Made by a program: the position numbers and the translations under genes
The notes under the pieces: model-generated
Databases searched by the model: none
What the model was told of the DNA's origin: nothing
The model's input: only the letters and a program-made list of their open reading frames with translations
From: a virus
Taxonomy: Duplodnaviria; Caudoviricetes
Strand: one strand, 5' to 3'
DNA length: 64,000 nucleotides
Virus record (IMG/VR): IMGVR_UViG_3300037313_000574
Span: 8,291 to 72,290 of that record
Part shown: positions 1-8,619 of the stretch, piece by piece
Numbering within the stretch: the stretch's first letter is position 1
How the letters are laid out: the number at the start of each line of letters is the position of its first letter

Positions 1-44
1 GGACAGAGAAGTGCGGCGGCAAGTGCGGCTTGATTGAATTTCAA
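1..44 (-). CDS. Partial gene downstream of cI with a signal-peptide-like N-terminus (runs off window edge)
   Basis: On the - strand, GGAGA RBS then TTG at 44, reading MKFNQAALAAALLC...; only 14 codons visible. Confidence 0.35.
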   Translation of the reverse strand, partial: MKFNQAALAAALLC

Positions 45-84
45 TTGAATTCTCCCTGGCCGGCAAGGTGGCGCCGGCATGCCA

Positions 85-816
85 TTAGAATTTAGGTCTT
101 CTGCTGCGCTTTCTGTGCTCGGCCATCACGCCAATGATCTCCAGGGATTCCCGGTCGCTGCGTAATGTCGGGTAATCCTCGTTGAGTGGCACCAGCTCGA
201 ATATCTGGCTACCATCTTCGGCCGTACCGCGTGGGCGGTATTTTTTGAAGGTGGCTTCGTTCCTGCTGTTTTTCGCCACAACAAACTCCCCTGGCCGCGG
301 GCTCCACTCCGGCTCAATGATGACGCGATCGCCCTGCTTGAACTCGGGCAGCATCGCGTCGCCTTCAATTTCCAGCGCAAATGCCCAGCGCGACAAATCC
401 GTGTCGGCATAGACGATATCCAGGCCGGCGCCCGGTGGATAGGGTTCGCTCAAGTCTTTCATGCGCCCAGCCTGAGCCATGGAGATGACCGGGAGGGGCT
501 GTTTTCCTGATGCCGATGGCGCCACGGCGGCCGCCCGATTGCTCCCCTGCCCTTCAAATTGAGGCACCGGCCAGCGTGACCGGATCTCGTCAAGGCTTAG
601 GTCAGTCATGTTTTCATCGAGCAAGGCGCGCAGCGATACCTGAAAAACCTCCGCCAGCGCGGTCGCATATTCAGACCGCACGCTATCCCTAGTTTCCAGC
701 GCGTAAATCGCTTGCGCCAACTGGACCGCGTTATCCGGGTCAATGCGACGCGCCAGGTCCGGACGCCCTAGCCCGGCCTGTGTTCTTAAGTGCTCGATGT
801 TCTTTCCTAGTGCCAT
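85..816 (-). CDS. cI: CI-type phage repressor (N-terminal XRE HTH + C-terminal S24 peptidase)
   Basis: HTH LGKNIEHLRTQAGLGRPDLARRI; S24 region FALEIEGDAMLPEFKQGDRVII...ATFKKY...LVPLNEDYP; divergent from cro. ORF track starts at 852 but ATG 816 fits the -10 box better. Confidence 0.9.
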   Translation of the reverse strand: MALGKNIEHLRTQAGLGRPDLARRIDPDNAVQLAQAIYALETRDSVRSEYATALAEVFQVSLRALLDENMTDLSLDEIRSRWPVPQFEGQGSNRAAAVAPSASGKQPLPVISMAQAGRMKDLSEPYPPGAGLDIVYADTDLSRWAFALEIEGDAMLPEFKQGDRVIIEPEWSPRPGEFVVAKNSRNEATFKKYRPRGTAEDGSQIFELVPLNEDYPTLRSDRESLEIIGVMAEHRKRSRRPKF

Positions 817-899
817 AAACACCACTATATAAACATTTGTGGATACCCACAATAGACAAGTGTTGACTTGCCAGCAAACATGAGTTTATTATCTGAAAC
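817..899. promoter_or_regulatory. Divergent PR/PRM-like promoter and operator region
   Basis: + strand TTGACT(863-868)-18 nt-TATTAT(887-892); - strand TTGTGG(852-847)-17 nt-TATAGT(829-824); imperfect palindrome AAACATGAGTTT (876-887) plus related AAACA/AGACA half-sites. Confidence 0.6.
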
Positions 900-1139
900 A
901 TGAACACAAACAATCATGCTTTACAGACACTTCTCTTCGCCATCGGCCGTTTTGACAGCCAGGCGGAATTCGCACGTCAGGTAAAACGGCGTCCGCAGGA
1001 GGTTTGGAACTGGATCAACCGCGACAAGAAGGCGCCGGTCGAGGCATGTCCATTTATTGAAGCGGCGTGCAATCACCCTCGCGTGACGTGCGAAAAACTG
1101 CGCCCGGATTACGAAGGCTGGAAATTGATGCGCAAGTAA
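900..1139 (+). CDS. cro: Cro-like (YdaS-type) HTH repressor
   Basis: 79 aa, SQAEFARQVKRRPQEVWNWINR HTH and VTCEKLRPD motif; divergent from cI. Confidence 0.8.
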   Translation: MNTNNHALQTLLFAIGRFDSQAEFARQVKRRPQEVWNWINRDKKAPVEACPFIEAACNHPRVTCEKLRPDYEGWKLMRK

Positions 1140-1205
1140 AAAAACATCGCCGCCTCGTCCTGAGCGGATGGCCCTACTCCACTTGTATAGAAAAGGTACT
1201 TAACC

Positions 1206-1439
1206 ATGTCACTCGACCTCAAAGACTTTCGCGGAAAAATCACCGTCGAAACTGATGCGGCACTTGAAGCAATGAACTGTGTCACCGGCAAAGAGAAGTC
1301 CGAAATCGTGCGCGAGATTCTGCACAAGTGGGCGACGGACAAGATCAATGAGGCAAGGTTACTCGATTCAGCCCTGGTTGGACAGGGACTATCGGGGATC
1401 GGCAGGGCGCCGCAGGGCAGCGCGGGCAAGTCTCGATAA
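1206..1439 (+). CDS. CII-position small DNA-binding protein (ribbon-helix-helix-like)
   Basis: Follows cro; DFRGKITVETDAALEAMNCVTGKEKSEIVREILHKWA pattern. Confidence 0.5.
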   Translation: MSLDLKDFRGKITVETDAALEAMNCVTGKEKSEIVREILHKWATDKINEARLLDSALVGQGLSGIGRAPQGSAGKSR

Positions 1440-1612
1440 ATATCAAACTAATCGGGGCCGACCATGCGCGATTTTCTCACAAAGCTCTTGCACGGAAAAA
1501 TCACATTTTCCCGCACAGCCGATGCCATGATCGGCTATGACCGTTGCTGTTATGGCGCCTGGGATTATTACGTTTTTTATCTCGTGTTCTTCAAGGTCAT
1601 GGTGTCGAAGTG

Positions 1613-2029
1613 ATGGCAAACGATAGCGCATCCGATACCGCAGCCATCAAGGCAATGATCCTTGAAGTGCTGGAGGCCCATGAGCATGGCTTGATGCTGG
1701 TACCGCTGCGCGAGGCCGTCAATGCGCAACTGGTTAATCAGCAGATATTGCCGCAAGGCTGCAGCCATGATCAGGTGCGCTATGCGCTACGTTGGCTGAT
1801 CGAGCATACGTTTGTTTGCGCAAAGCCGTCAGATGGCCAACAAGGCAATCACTATACCTACTACTTCATCAAGGGTAGTGAATTACTGCGCAACGACGCC
1901 CCCAAAAAGCCCGCCGGAAAAACCGTTGAGATGCCGACGCGCCGCTTGTCACCCATGGCGTCGATTATCCACTCCCTATCGCAAATCCCAACGACTTGGG
2001 ATCCCACTCAAGATATCGCAAAGGACTAG
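1613..2029 (+). CDS. Hypothetical early protein (possible winged helix)
   Basis: ORF 1544..2029; ATG 1613 (MANDSASD) is the more plausible start. Confidence 0.55.
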   Translation: MANDSASDTAAIKAMILEVLEAHEHGLMLVPLREAVNAQLVNQQILPQGCSHDQVRYALRWLIEHTFVCAKPSDGQQGNHYTYYFIKGSELLRNDAPKKPAGKTVEMPTRRLSPMASIIHSLSQIPTTWDPTQDIAKD

Positions 2030-2030
2030 C

Positions 2031-2204
2031 ATGAATGATCCCGTCGCCAGCATTGCGCAGATCAAGCGCCAAGCCGAGCATGCCGCTGACAACAATCACG
2101 GCTCCTGCGCCTGCCAATACCCGGTTGAATCGGAAGCCTTCAGGGTGTGGGTGGAAGCCTATTACGCCCGCGTGAAGTTCAATGCCGAGCAGGTGGCGGC
2201 ATGA
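2031..2204 (+). CDS. Hypothetical protein
   Basis: ATG 2031 just after the upstream stop; ATGA overlap with the next gene. Confidence 0.5.
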   Translation: MNDPVASIAQIKRQAEHAADNNHGSCACQYPVESEAFRVWVEAYYARVKFNAEQVAA

Positions 2205-2464
2205 ATGAAAGTATTCTCGGGTTGCGGCAGGTCGCTCCAAACGGAACCACGGTCAGCGCCGCAGAAACTCCATTCGGCTACATGATCACCTTTGATACGC
2301 CAGAGGACGAGTCGGGACCAGGACTGATCACCGCGTTCAATATCACGCATGACACGCTTGCCACTCTACTTGCCGTCCTGATGAAGCTGCCAGGAGGACT
2401 GCGCGTTCCATGTATCGGCGCAATTCACGTCACCGACAAACCGGAAATTGAGGTGGCGGCATGA
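2201..2464 (+). CDS. Hypothetical protein
   Basis: ATGA overlaps at both ends; bounded by identical AGGTGGCGGCATGAA 15-mers. Confidence 0.55.
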   Translation: MNESILGLRQVAPNGTTVSAAETPFGYMITFDTPEDESGPGLITAFNITHDTLATLLAVLMKLPGGLRVPCIGAIHVTDKPEIEVAA

Positions 2465-2568
2465 AAATTATAACCCTGCTTCTGGCGGTGCTCGTCTACC
2501 TTGGATTCATTTTTCTAATTGCTCGGGTCTTTGGATTCAATAACCAGGGGCGCGTCGATGAATCGTAA
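2461..2568 (+). CDS. Small single-pass membrane protein (35 aa; not in ORF track)
   Basis: MKIITLLLAVLVYLGFIFLIARVFGFNNQGRVDES; ATGA-coupled to the upstream gene. Confidence 0.5.
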   Translation: MKIITLLLAVLVYLGFIFLIARVFGFNNQGRVDES

Positions 2569-2905
2569 CTTTGCCGAATACGCCACTAGCACGGCGTTCT
2601 CCATCCAGCTATCGAAGAATCAATGCAATGCGCTGCTGCGTTGCGAATCGTTCGATCCCAAAAAGCACAAAGGCGCTGAGTGGCGTGACGGCCCGATGTA
2701 TCTGCTGCAAGTCGGCACACTGAAGCCGCTGGAAGCGCGCGGGCTCGTATTCTGGCACCGCGATAGCCAAGGCCGCGCAAATGGTTTCGGCGGATTGACG
2801 GGAGCCGGCATGCTGATGGTCGGCCTGCTGAAAGAAGCCGGACTCACTGTCGAGAACACGAACACGATCAGCATGTTGCGCCGCATGCAACGGGAGGTCG
2901 AATGA
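2558..2905 (+). CDS. Hypothetical protein (winged-helix-like)
   Basis: MNRNFAEY...LKPLEARGLVFW; ATGA overlap with the next gene. Confidence 0.55.
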   Translation: MNRNFAEYATSTAFSIQLSKNQCNALLRCESFDPKKHKGAEWRDGPMYLLQVGTLKPLEARGLVFWHRDSQGRANGFGGLTGAGMLMVGLLKEAGLTVENTNTISMLRRMQREVE

Positions 2906-3126
2906 TCAGCATCATCCTGGAATGGCGGGCGCGCGCCGTTAAAAGGCAGGCCGCGAAGATGGTATTGAATGCGTTCGATGGCGTCGATTGGCAAAAGCAG
3001 TGCTTCACCATCAACGGCGGGACACTTCTCCATGACGGCAGTGGCGAAACGCACTTCTACCGTGCCGATGAGATTGACCGCGCGATCGCCCGCCTCAATG
3101 AGGTCTTGATGGAGTTGCAGGCATGA
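2902..3126 (+). CDS. Hypothetical protein
   Basis: Translationally coupled ORF in the early operon. Confidence 0.5.
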   Translation: MISIILEWRARAVKRQAAKMVLNAFDGVDWQKQCFTINGGTLLHDGSGETHFYRADEIDRAIARLNEVLMELQA

Positions 3127-3455
3127 CTCAATCCGCATTCGACCTGGCCGAGCATGGCGCGAACTTGGCTGCAGCCAAAGCTAACCGGCTACATGAGGAC
3201 TGGACAGAAAAGGCGCTGGAGGCATTCCGCCTGCATGCGCTGAAAAACCGGGAATTCACTACCGAGGATGTGGTTCTGGCCAATCCCGGCCTGCCGGAAA
3301 TTCCGGAAAAGCGCGCATGGGGTGCCGTGACCAACAAAGCAAAGCGCTTAGGTTACGTGCGCCCTACTGACAAGGTGGCGCGCTCAAAACTCCCGAACTC
3401 GCATAAGCGCGTGCTACTGGTATGGCGCTCGACCTTTTTGCCGCTGACATTCTGA
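3123..3455 (+). CDS. Conserved phage hypothetical protein (winged-helix-like)
   Basis: DWTEKALEAF...EFTTEDV...RAWGAV...GYVRPT pattern; coupled start. Confidence 0.6.
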   Translation: MTQSAFDLAEHGANLAAAKANRLHEDWTEKALEAFRLHALKNREFTTEDVVLANPGLPEIPEKRAWGAVTNKAKRLGYVRPTDKVARSKLPNSHKRVLLVWRSTFLPLTF

Positions 3456-3478
3456 TAGACATAAAAAATAACTAGATC

Positions 3479-3913
3479 ATGAAAAAACAACCGCCCAATT
3501 CCACACAAGCCACTGCTGACCAAGAGCGCACTCAATTCTCCGAACGCTTGCGCCAAGCGCTGTGCGATGCCAACTACAACGATAACAGCCCAACCGACTT
3601 GTCGCGGCAATTCAATGCGCGGTTCTCTGGACGCCCGATCACTGTACACGCCGCCCGCAAATGGCTGGTTGCCGAAGCGATCCCTGCCCAGGAGAAGTTG
3701 CGCGTACTTTCGGACATGCTTGGCGTGACGGCTGAATGGCTCCGATTTGGTGGCAAGGCAGAGAAGCCGGCCGCTCACGGCGGCGATGCCATGCTGGCCG
3801 CGGCGGATGCGCGCTTGGTATCCGATATCCGCCACTTGTCCAAGCGTGACCATGCGATTGTCCGCGAACTGATCCGTACATTGGTCAGGACTTCAGTTAA
3901 AGAAGCCGCATGA
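3479..3913 (+). CDS. XRE-like HTH transcriptional regulator
   Basis: FSERLRQAL...ITVHAARKWLVAEAIPAQEKLRVLSDMLGVTAEWLRFG is an XRE/Cro-C1 HTH signature. Confidence 0.75.
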   Translation: MKKQPPNSTQATADQERTQFSERLRQALCDANYNDNSPTDLSRQFNARFSGRPITVHAARKWLVAEAIPAQEKLRVLSDMLGVTAEWLRFGGKAEKPAAHGGDAMLAAADARLVSDIRHLSKRDHAIVRELIRTLVRTSVKEAA

Positions 3914-3929
3914 AATAGCGGCCGATTTT

Positions 3930-5033
3930 TTGTTCGGCCGGCAAATAACAAAAACCTCCAAAACGGAAAAACAGGAGCAGATCGTGATCATTCCCAAGCA
4001 GGCATTCCGAGACGCCATCAACGCCGTAGCGCCCTTCTCGCCACCGCGCAGCACATTGCCGATCCTGACGAATATTCGTGTGGAATCTACTGGCGAGCAG
4101 CTAACCTTTGTTGCATCGAATTTGGATTCGCAAATTGAATATTGGATCGACGCCCCAGGTGAGCCGTTTGCCTTTTGCGTGGATGCTACCGCCTTGAAGC
4201 GCATCGCGCAGTTTGCTGACGATGATGTCGATCTGTCTTGCAAAAACGGGAAAGCCGTTATCGGCATCGGGAAAGCCAAAACCCGCCTAGCATCTTTGCC
4301 GGCAAAAGACTTCCCGAAGTTGGAACGCGCAGAATCTGCGTTAGTGGAACTGGAATGGGCGCCCCTGGAAGAACAATTTCAGTTTGCCGCGCAGTTTTGT
4401 GCCACGAACATGGTTCGACCACACCTGAATTGCGTTCATATCAAATCGACGAGTACCGAAATTAATGTTTTCGGCACCAATGGCATCAATCTCGGTTTCG
4501 TTTCTGTTCCACATATTGCGGCCGAGTTCGGCATTTGCATTCAGGTTGATGTCGCGCGCCGCATGGCTGGAGATTTTAAGACCGTGACGATTCGTGACAA
4601 CCAGGTGGAATTGCGCGGCGATAGAGCCATAGCGCTGTTCAAGACGGCCGCCAGCAAGCCATTGGATATGCGTCGAATCATCGGGCTCGAACTGCCAGAT
4701 TCCGGCGAGGTCGAGCGCAAAAGTCTTCTGGAAGCCATTTCCTTTGTTGGCAGCTTCCCCGATCAAGGGAAGGCTCGCCCGATGGTGAAGATTGAAGCCG
4801 GGGAGTCGAATCACGTTGCCCTGGTTGGTCGAGACAATGAGGCAACAGCGCCCTTCGAATACGAAGGAAGCCCCGTGATGTTCGGTGCGTATGTCTCCGA
4901 CTTTTCCGGGTTCCTCAAATCTCTGCAAGGCGACAAGCTGAAACTGCAATTCAAAGCTGCAGACACAAGCAATACGCAAATTCGCATCCTGGATGGCAAT
5001 CGGATCATTTGCACAATGCCGGCAAGGTTCTGA
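3930..5033 (+). CDS. dnaN: DNA polymerase III beta sliding clamp homolog (divergent)
   Basis: N-terminal RSTLPILTNIRVE...LTFVASNLD, central RPHLNCVHI...FGTNGINL, C-terminal MPARF; ~360 aa like DnaN. Confidence 0.85.
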   Translation: MFGRQITKTSKTEKQEQIVIIPKQAFRDAINAVAPFSPPRSTLPILTNIRVESTGEQLTFVASNLDSQIEYWIDAPGEPFAFCVDATALKRIAQFADDDVDLSCKNGKAVIGIGKAKTRLASLPAKDFPKLERAESALVELEWAPLEEQFQFAAQFCATNMVRPHLNCVHIKSTSTEINVFGTNGINLGFVSVPHIAAEFGICIQVDVARRMAGDFKTVTIRDNQVELRGDRAIALFKTAASKPLDMRRIIGLELPDSGEVERKSLLEAISFVGSFPDQGKARPMVKIEAGESNHVALVGRDNEATAPFEYEGSPVMFGAYVSDFSGFLKSLQGDKLKLQFKAADTSNTQIRILDGNRIICTMPARF

Positions 5034-5034
5034 C

Positions 5035-5316
5035 ATGAGCAACTATATCCCAGCTAATTTCTCGATCCAAGAGATCGCCCACATGATCGACATGGATCCG
5101 AATGCAACATCACGCGAGCGAATATTGGTCGCGCGTTTGGGCGAGCTTTCTGCCGAGGTCGCTGAGAAGGAAGGCGAACTCTCTTCAGCGGAAAGCAAAA
5201 ATGAAGAACTTCAGGTTGACATCAATGAGATGGAGTCTAAAAACCAAGAATTGAAAGGCAAGGTCCAAAACTTGAAAGACAAGATCGCTGCGATTGCGAA
5301 GGCATGCGAAGCATGA
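5035..5316 (+). CDS. Coiled-coil hypothetical protein
   Basis: Heptad-rich E/K C-terminal half. Confidence 0.55.
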   Translation: MSNYIPANFSIQEIAHMIDMDPNATSRERILVARLGELSAEVAEKEGELSSAESKNEELQVDINEMESKNQELKGKVQNLKDKIAAIAKACEA

Positions 5317-5480
5317 ACGCCCAGCACCCTTTGGCGGCGAACTATCAAGCCCGCTACCGCGCCGAGAGCGACAGGCCGGCCCCGGTCCTGCGCCGGAAGA
5401 AATGCGCTTGCGGCGCCACGGTGACAGCCAAGCAGCTGCAGCAGTTCGGATGCTGTGTTAAGTGCGCGAGGGCGGCATGA
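5313..5480 (+). CDS. Small Cys-rich (zinc-ribbon-like) protein, 55 aa (not in ORF track)
   Basis: ...RRKKCACGATVTAKQLQQFGCCVKCARAA; ATGA overlaps both sides. Confidence 0.5.
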   Translation: MNAQHPLAANYQARYRAESDRPAPVLRRKKCACGATVTAKQLQQFGCCVKCARAA

Positions 5481-6292
5481 TTATCCAGGCTAGCTTAATT
5501 AAACAGCAAGAAGCAAAGCCCCCTGTATGCCTGAACACAGCGCATGCACGCGACATGCTGCATAAGCGCTATGCGGCGCCAGAATGGGCATTGCTTGAGG
5601 AAGTCGCGCCCAAGACAGGTGGCGGAACCAGATATGCCGATGCGGTCGCGGTGAACCTTTGGAGCAGCCGCGGACATGCCGTGCACGGATTTGAGATCAA
5701 GGTAAGCCGTTCCGATTGGTTACGCGAGTTGAAGCAGCCGGAAAAAGCCGAGGACGTTTATCAATACTGTGATTACTGGTGGATCGTCGCCCCAAAGGGA
5801 ATTGTTAAGGACGGTGAATTGCCGCCGACATGGGGGTTACTCGAATTAAGGGAATCCGGGTTGGTGCAATCCGTGGCAGCACCAAAGTTGTCGCCGAAGC
5901 CAATTACACGCGGGTTCTTTGCATCGCTGATGCGGCGCGGGCATGAGCAGGTAACGTCAATTGCCGAGCGCATGCAGCGAAATGCCATTAACGCGGCCCA
6001 CGCTGAAATCAATGAGCGCGTGAAAAGAGAGGTCGAGTACGGCACAAAGCATTTGCGAGAGTTGGAGGCGAAGCTCGCAGAGTTGAAGGAAAAGACCGGC
6101 ATCGACATCCAGCGTTACGGCGGCACATCTGCCGAGACAATCAAGCTCGCTCACAAACTCGAATCCTTATCAGGTTGGCGCGGTGATGGTGCACTTTCAA
6201 AGCTGACAGAACTTGCCGCTGATCTTGAGAGTGCTGCAGCTAAGGTTCGCAAAGCCGTCGAAGAAACCGGATTGAACGAAGGTGCAGCATGA
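5477..6292 (+). CDS. MmcB-like PD-(D/E)XK nuclease-fold protein with coiled-coil tail
   Basis: YADAVAV...HGFEIKVSRSDWLRELKQPEK...YCDYWWIVAP...WGLL motifs. Confidence 0.7.
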   Translation: MIIQASLIKQQEAKPPVCLNTAHARDMLHKRYAAPEWALLEEVAPKTGGGTRYADAVAVNLWSSRGHAVHGFEIKVSRSDWLRELKQPEKAEDVYQYCDYWWIVAPKGIVKDGELPPTWGLLELRESGLVQSVAAPKLSPKPITRGFFASLMRRGHEQVTSIAERMQRNAINAAHAEINERVKREVEYGTKHLRELEAKLAELKEKTGIDIQRYGGTSAETIKLAHKLESLSGWRGDGALSKLTELAADLESAAAKVRKAVEETGLNEGAA

Positions 6293-6789
6293 CCGGCATC
6301 GGATCACATCAAAGCGCTAGTATGAAAAATGACGAATGGCTGACGCCGCCTGAAATTATCCGGGCGCTTGGACGTTTTGACCTGGACCCATGCAGTCCGA
6401 TTAATCGGCCATGGGATACTGCGGAGGACCATTACTCAGTGCTTGATAACGGCCTGGAGCAGCCGTGGCACGGCAGGGTGTGGCTTAACCCACCATACGG
6501 CCTTGAAGCGGCACAATGGTTGAATCGCCTAGCGCAACACGGCACCGGAACTGCGCTGATCTTCGCGCGTACCGAAACAGCCATGTTCTTCGATCATGTA
6601 TGGAGCCGCGCTAGCGCACTGCTATTCATTCGCGGCCGGCTGCACTTTCATTTCGTGGATGGTACGCGGGCCAGGGCCAACGGCGGCGCCCCAAGCGTGC
6701 TAGTGGCTTACGGCAGCGAGGATGCAGGCATCCTACGCAACTGCCTTATTGAAGGGCACTTCGTTGGCCTAAGCGGGGTGAGTAATTGA
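6289..6789 (+). CDS. dam: Phage DNA N6-adenine methyltransferase (phage Dam family)
   Basis: DEWLTP, FDLDPC, WLNPPYG catalytic motif, LIFARTET, IRGRLHF. Confidence 0.9.
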   Translation: MTGIGSHQSASMKNDEWLTPPEIIRALGRFDLDPCSPINRPWDTAEDHYSVLDNGLEQPWHGRVWLNPPYGLEAAQWLNRLAQHGTGTALIFARTETAMFFDHVWSRASALLFIRGRLHFHFVDGTRARANGGAPSVLVAYGSEDAGILRNCLIEGHFVGLSGVSN

Positions 6790-7187
6790 CCTACTCCACC
6801 CTCAAGCCCAGCACCAAGCCCATGGCGCGCACGCCAATGAAGCGCGGCACCAAGCGCATGAAGTCGCGCGGCCCGAAGATGACGCCAATCCGCAAGAGCG
6901 CCAGGGATCAGGAATGCACGATCCGGCTGCCGGGCGTGTGCAACTTTGACACATCGACCACTGTGCTCTGCCATTCCAATGAATCGACGGATGGAAAAGG
7001 CATGGGATTGAAGGCATCGGATGAATGCGCCGCCTACGGCTGCAGCGCATGTCATGACGTTGTAGACGGTCGCCGGCCGCGCCCGGAAGGCATGAGCCTT
7101 GAATTGATGCTGTCGATTTTCCGTGAAGCGATCGCGCAGACCCGGCGGATATTGAAGCGCAAGGGATTGCTGGAGACTGCCGAGTGA
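6786..7187 (+). CDS. DUF1364/YbcO-family HNH-like zinc-binding nuclease
   Basis: IRKSARDQECTIRLPGVCNFDTSTTVLCH...GMGLKASD...AYGCSACHDVVDGR. Confidence 0.85.
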   Translation: MTYSTLKPSTKPMARTPMKRGTKRMKSRGPKMTPIRKSARDQECTIRLPGVCNFDTSTTVLCHSNESTDGKGMGLKASDECAAYGCSACHDVVDGRRPRPEGMSLELMLSIFREAIAQTRRILKRKGLLETAE

Positions 7188-8302
7188 ACGAATTACCAAC
7201 ACCGCTGACCCCATCTGAATGCGACTTGAGGGATTTTCCCTTCATGCCGCTGGACGTTGTGCGTCTGCGGGATAGCGATATCAGCGCATTGTCGAACGGC
7301 GATGAATTCCGTTGCGCTGTGCTGCTTTGGTGCGCGTCATGGCACCAAGTGCCCGCAGCTAGTTTGCCGGACGACGACAAGATTCTTTGTCAGCTCGCAG
7401 GCTTCGGCCGCGTGGTCAAGGAATGGCAGAAGGTGCGTGAAGGATCTTTGCGCGGCTGGGTGAAATGTTCCGATAGCCGGCTGTATCACCCGGTTGTCGC
7501 CGAGAAGGCGATCGAAGCCTGGAATAGCCGCGTCAAATACAGGGAAGCCAAAGAGCAAGACAGGCAGCGAAAAGCCGAGGAGCGGGCACGCAGAAAAGCA
7601 GAGGAACAAGCAAGACATGAAGCGGAAATGCGCAAGCTGTCCGGCGGACAAGATGCAAATGTCCAGCGGACAAATGCCGAAAATCCGCAGGAAAACGCTC
7701 TGATAGGGACAGTGGACAGGGACAGTGGACAGGGACAGGGAGAATTAAATACTTCCGTTCCTATCGGAACGGGCGCCGAGGCGCCGGGCGCACAAGCTGA
7801 AAAGCCTGCCGACGACATGACGAAGGTAGAGCTTTGGCGTGCAGGGAAATCCCTGCTTAAAGAGCAAGGCATGCCAGCCGCCCAATGCGGCACGTTCGTC
7901 GGGAAGCTCTGCAAGGACTATACCGACGAGATTGTTATTGAAGCAGTGCGCGCTGCTGTCGTTGCACAACCGGCTGACGCTGCCTCATTCCTGAAGGCTG
8001 CTTGCATGGCACGGAAAAATGAGGGCGGAAAGACGCTGATCCCCTGGCATGCAACTGATGCCGGCGTGATTGCCAAGGGTGCGGAATTGGTGCCGCCATT
8101 GTCGCCCATACCCGGCGAAAAGATGATCGTGTTTAAGGCGCGTGTGATCGCGGCAATCGACAAAGTGAACAAGCCGCCCGAGCCAATGCCTGCGCCATCC
8201 ATCGTGCCGGCTGAGCCAGTAGCACCGGCACGGCAATTGGCCACGCCGGAAGTTAAGGCAGCGCGCAGCGCGGCATTGCGCGCAGCGGCGGCGCCGAAAT
8301 GA
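7184..8302 (+). CDS. Replication initiator, DUF1376 (YdaU/O-like) family
   Basis: DFPFMPLDVVRLRDSD...LLWCASWHQVPAASLPDDDKIL...RLYHPVVAEKA; internal iteron-like repeats. Confidence 0.8.
   Translation: MNELPTPLTPSECDLRDFPFMPLDVVRLRDSDISALSNGDEFRCAVLLWCASWHQVPAASLPDDDKILCQLAGFGRVVKEWQKVREGSLRGWVKCSDSRLYHPVVAEKAIEAWNSRVKYREAKEQDRQRKAEERARRKAEEQARHEAEMRKLSGGQDANVQRTNAENPQENALIGTVDRDSGQGQGELNTSVPIGTGAEAPGAQAEKPADDMTKVELWRAGKSLLKEQGMPAAQCGTFVGKLCKDYTDEIVIEAVRAAVVAQPADAASFLKAACMARKNEGGKTLIPWHATDAGVIAKGAELVPPLSPIPGEKMIVFKARVIAAIDKVNKPPEPMPAPSIVPAEPVAPARQLATPEVKAARSAALRAAAAPK
7638..7740. repeat. Putative replication-origin iterons inside the initiator gene
   Basis: Palindromes TGTCCggcGGACA (7638-7650) and TGTCCagcGGACA (7660-7672), 22 bp apart; tandem GGGACAGTGGACA x2 (7706-7731) + GGGACAGGG. 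Confidence 0.55.
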
Positions 8303-8619
8303 AAACCTGCCCTGCCTGCGGCATCACCGGCGGTCGTATGGCGTTCGAGTGCATGGAGTGCGTACAGAACTGGTTGAGCAAGATGGACCGGCCAACGATG
8401 GCAATCAATGCCCCGGTCATCGAAAAAGTGATGGGGGCGGTTTACCTGAACAAGGTCCGCGAAGAGTGGAAAGCAAGGCAATTAACGAAGGCTAACCAAG
8501 GAAGGAGAAGTGATGGAAACGAACGAAAGCAGGATCATGAAACTGATCGAAAGCCAATCCGGCATCAGCGAGCAGGACATCAAGCCCGAATCCCGACTGG
8601 CCGACGATCTCGGCTTTGA
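8299..8619 (+). CDS. Hypothetical protein with CxxC motifs
   Basis: MKTCPAC...FECMEC; 3' end overlaps the ACP gene by ~110 nt, so the true end is uncertain. Confidence 0.4.
   Translation: MKTCPACGITGGRMAFECMECVQNWLSKMDRPTMAINAPVIEKVMGAVYLNKVREEWKARQLTKANQGRRSDGNERKQDHETDRKPIRHQRAGHQARIPTGRRSRL

Noticed and set aside
1544-1612. Longer N-terminus for the 1544..2029 ORF and the 852 start for cI
   Set aside because: Upstream extensions lack RBS support or overlap predicted promoter elements; downstream ATGs (1613, 816) fit better
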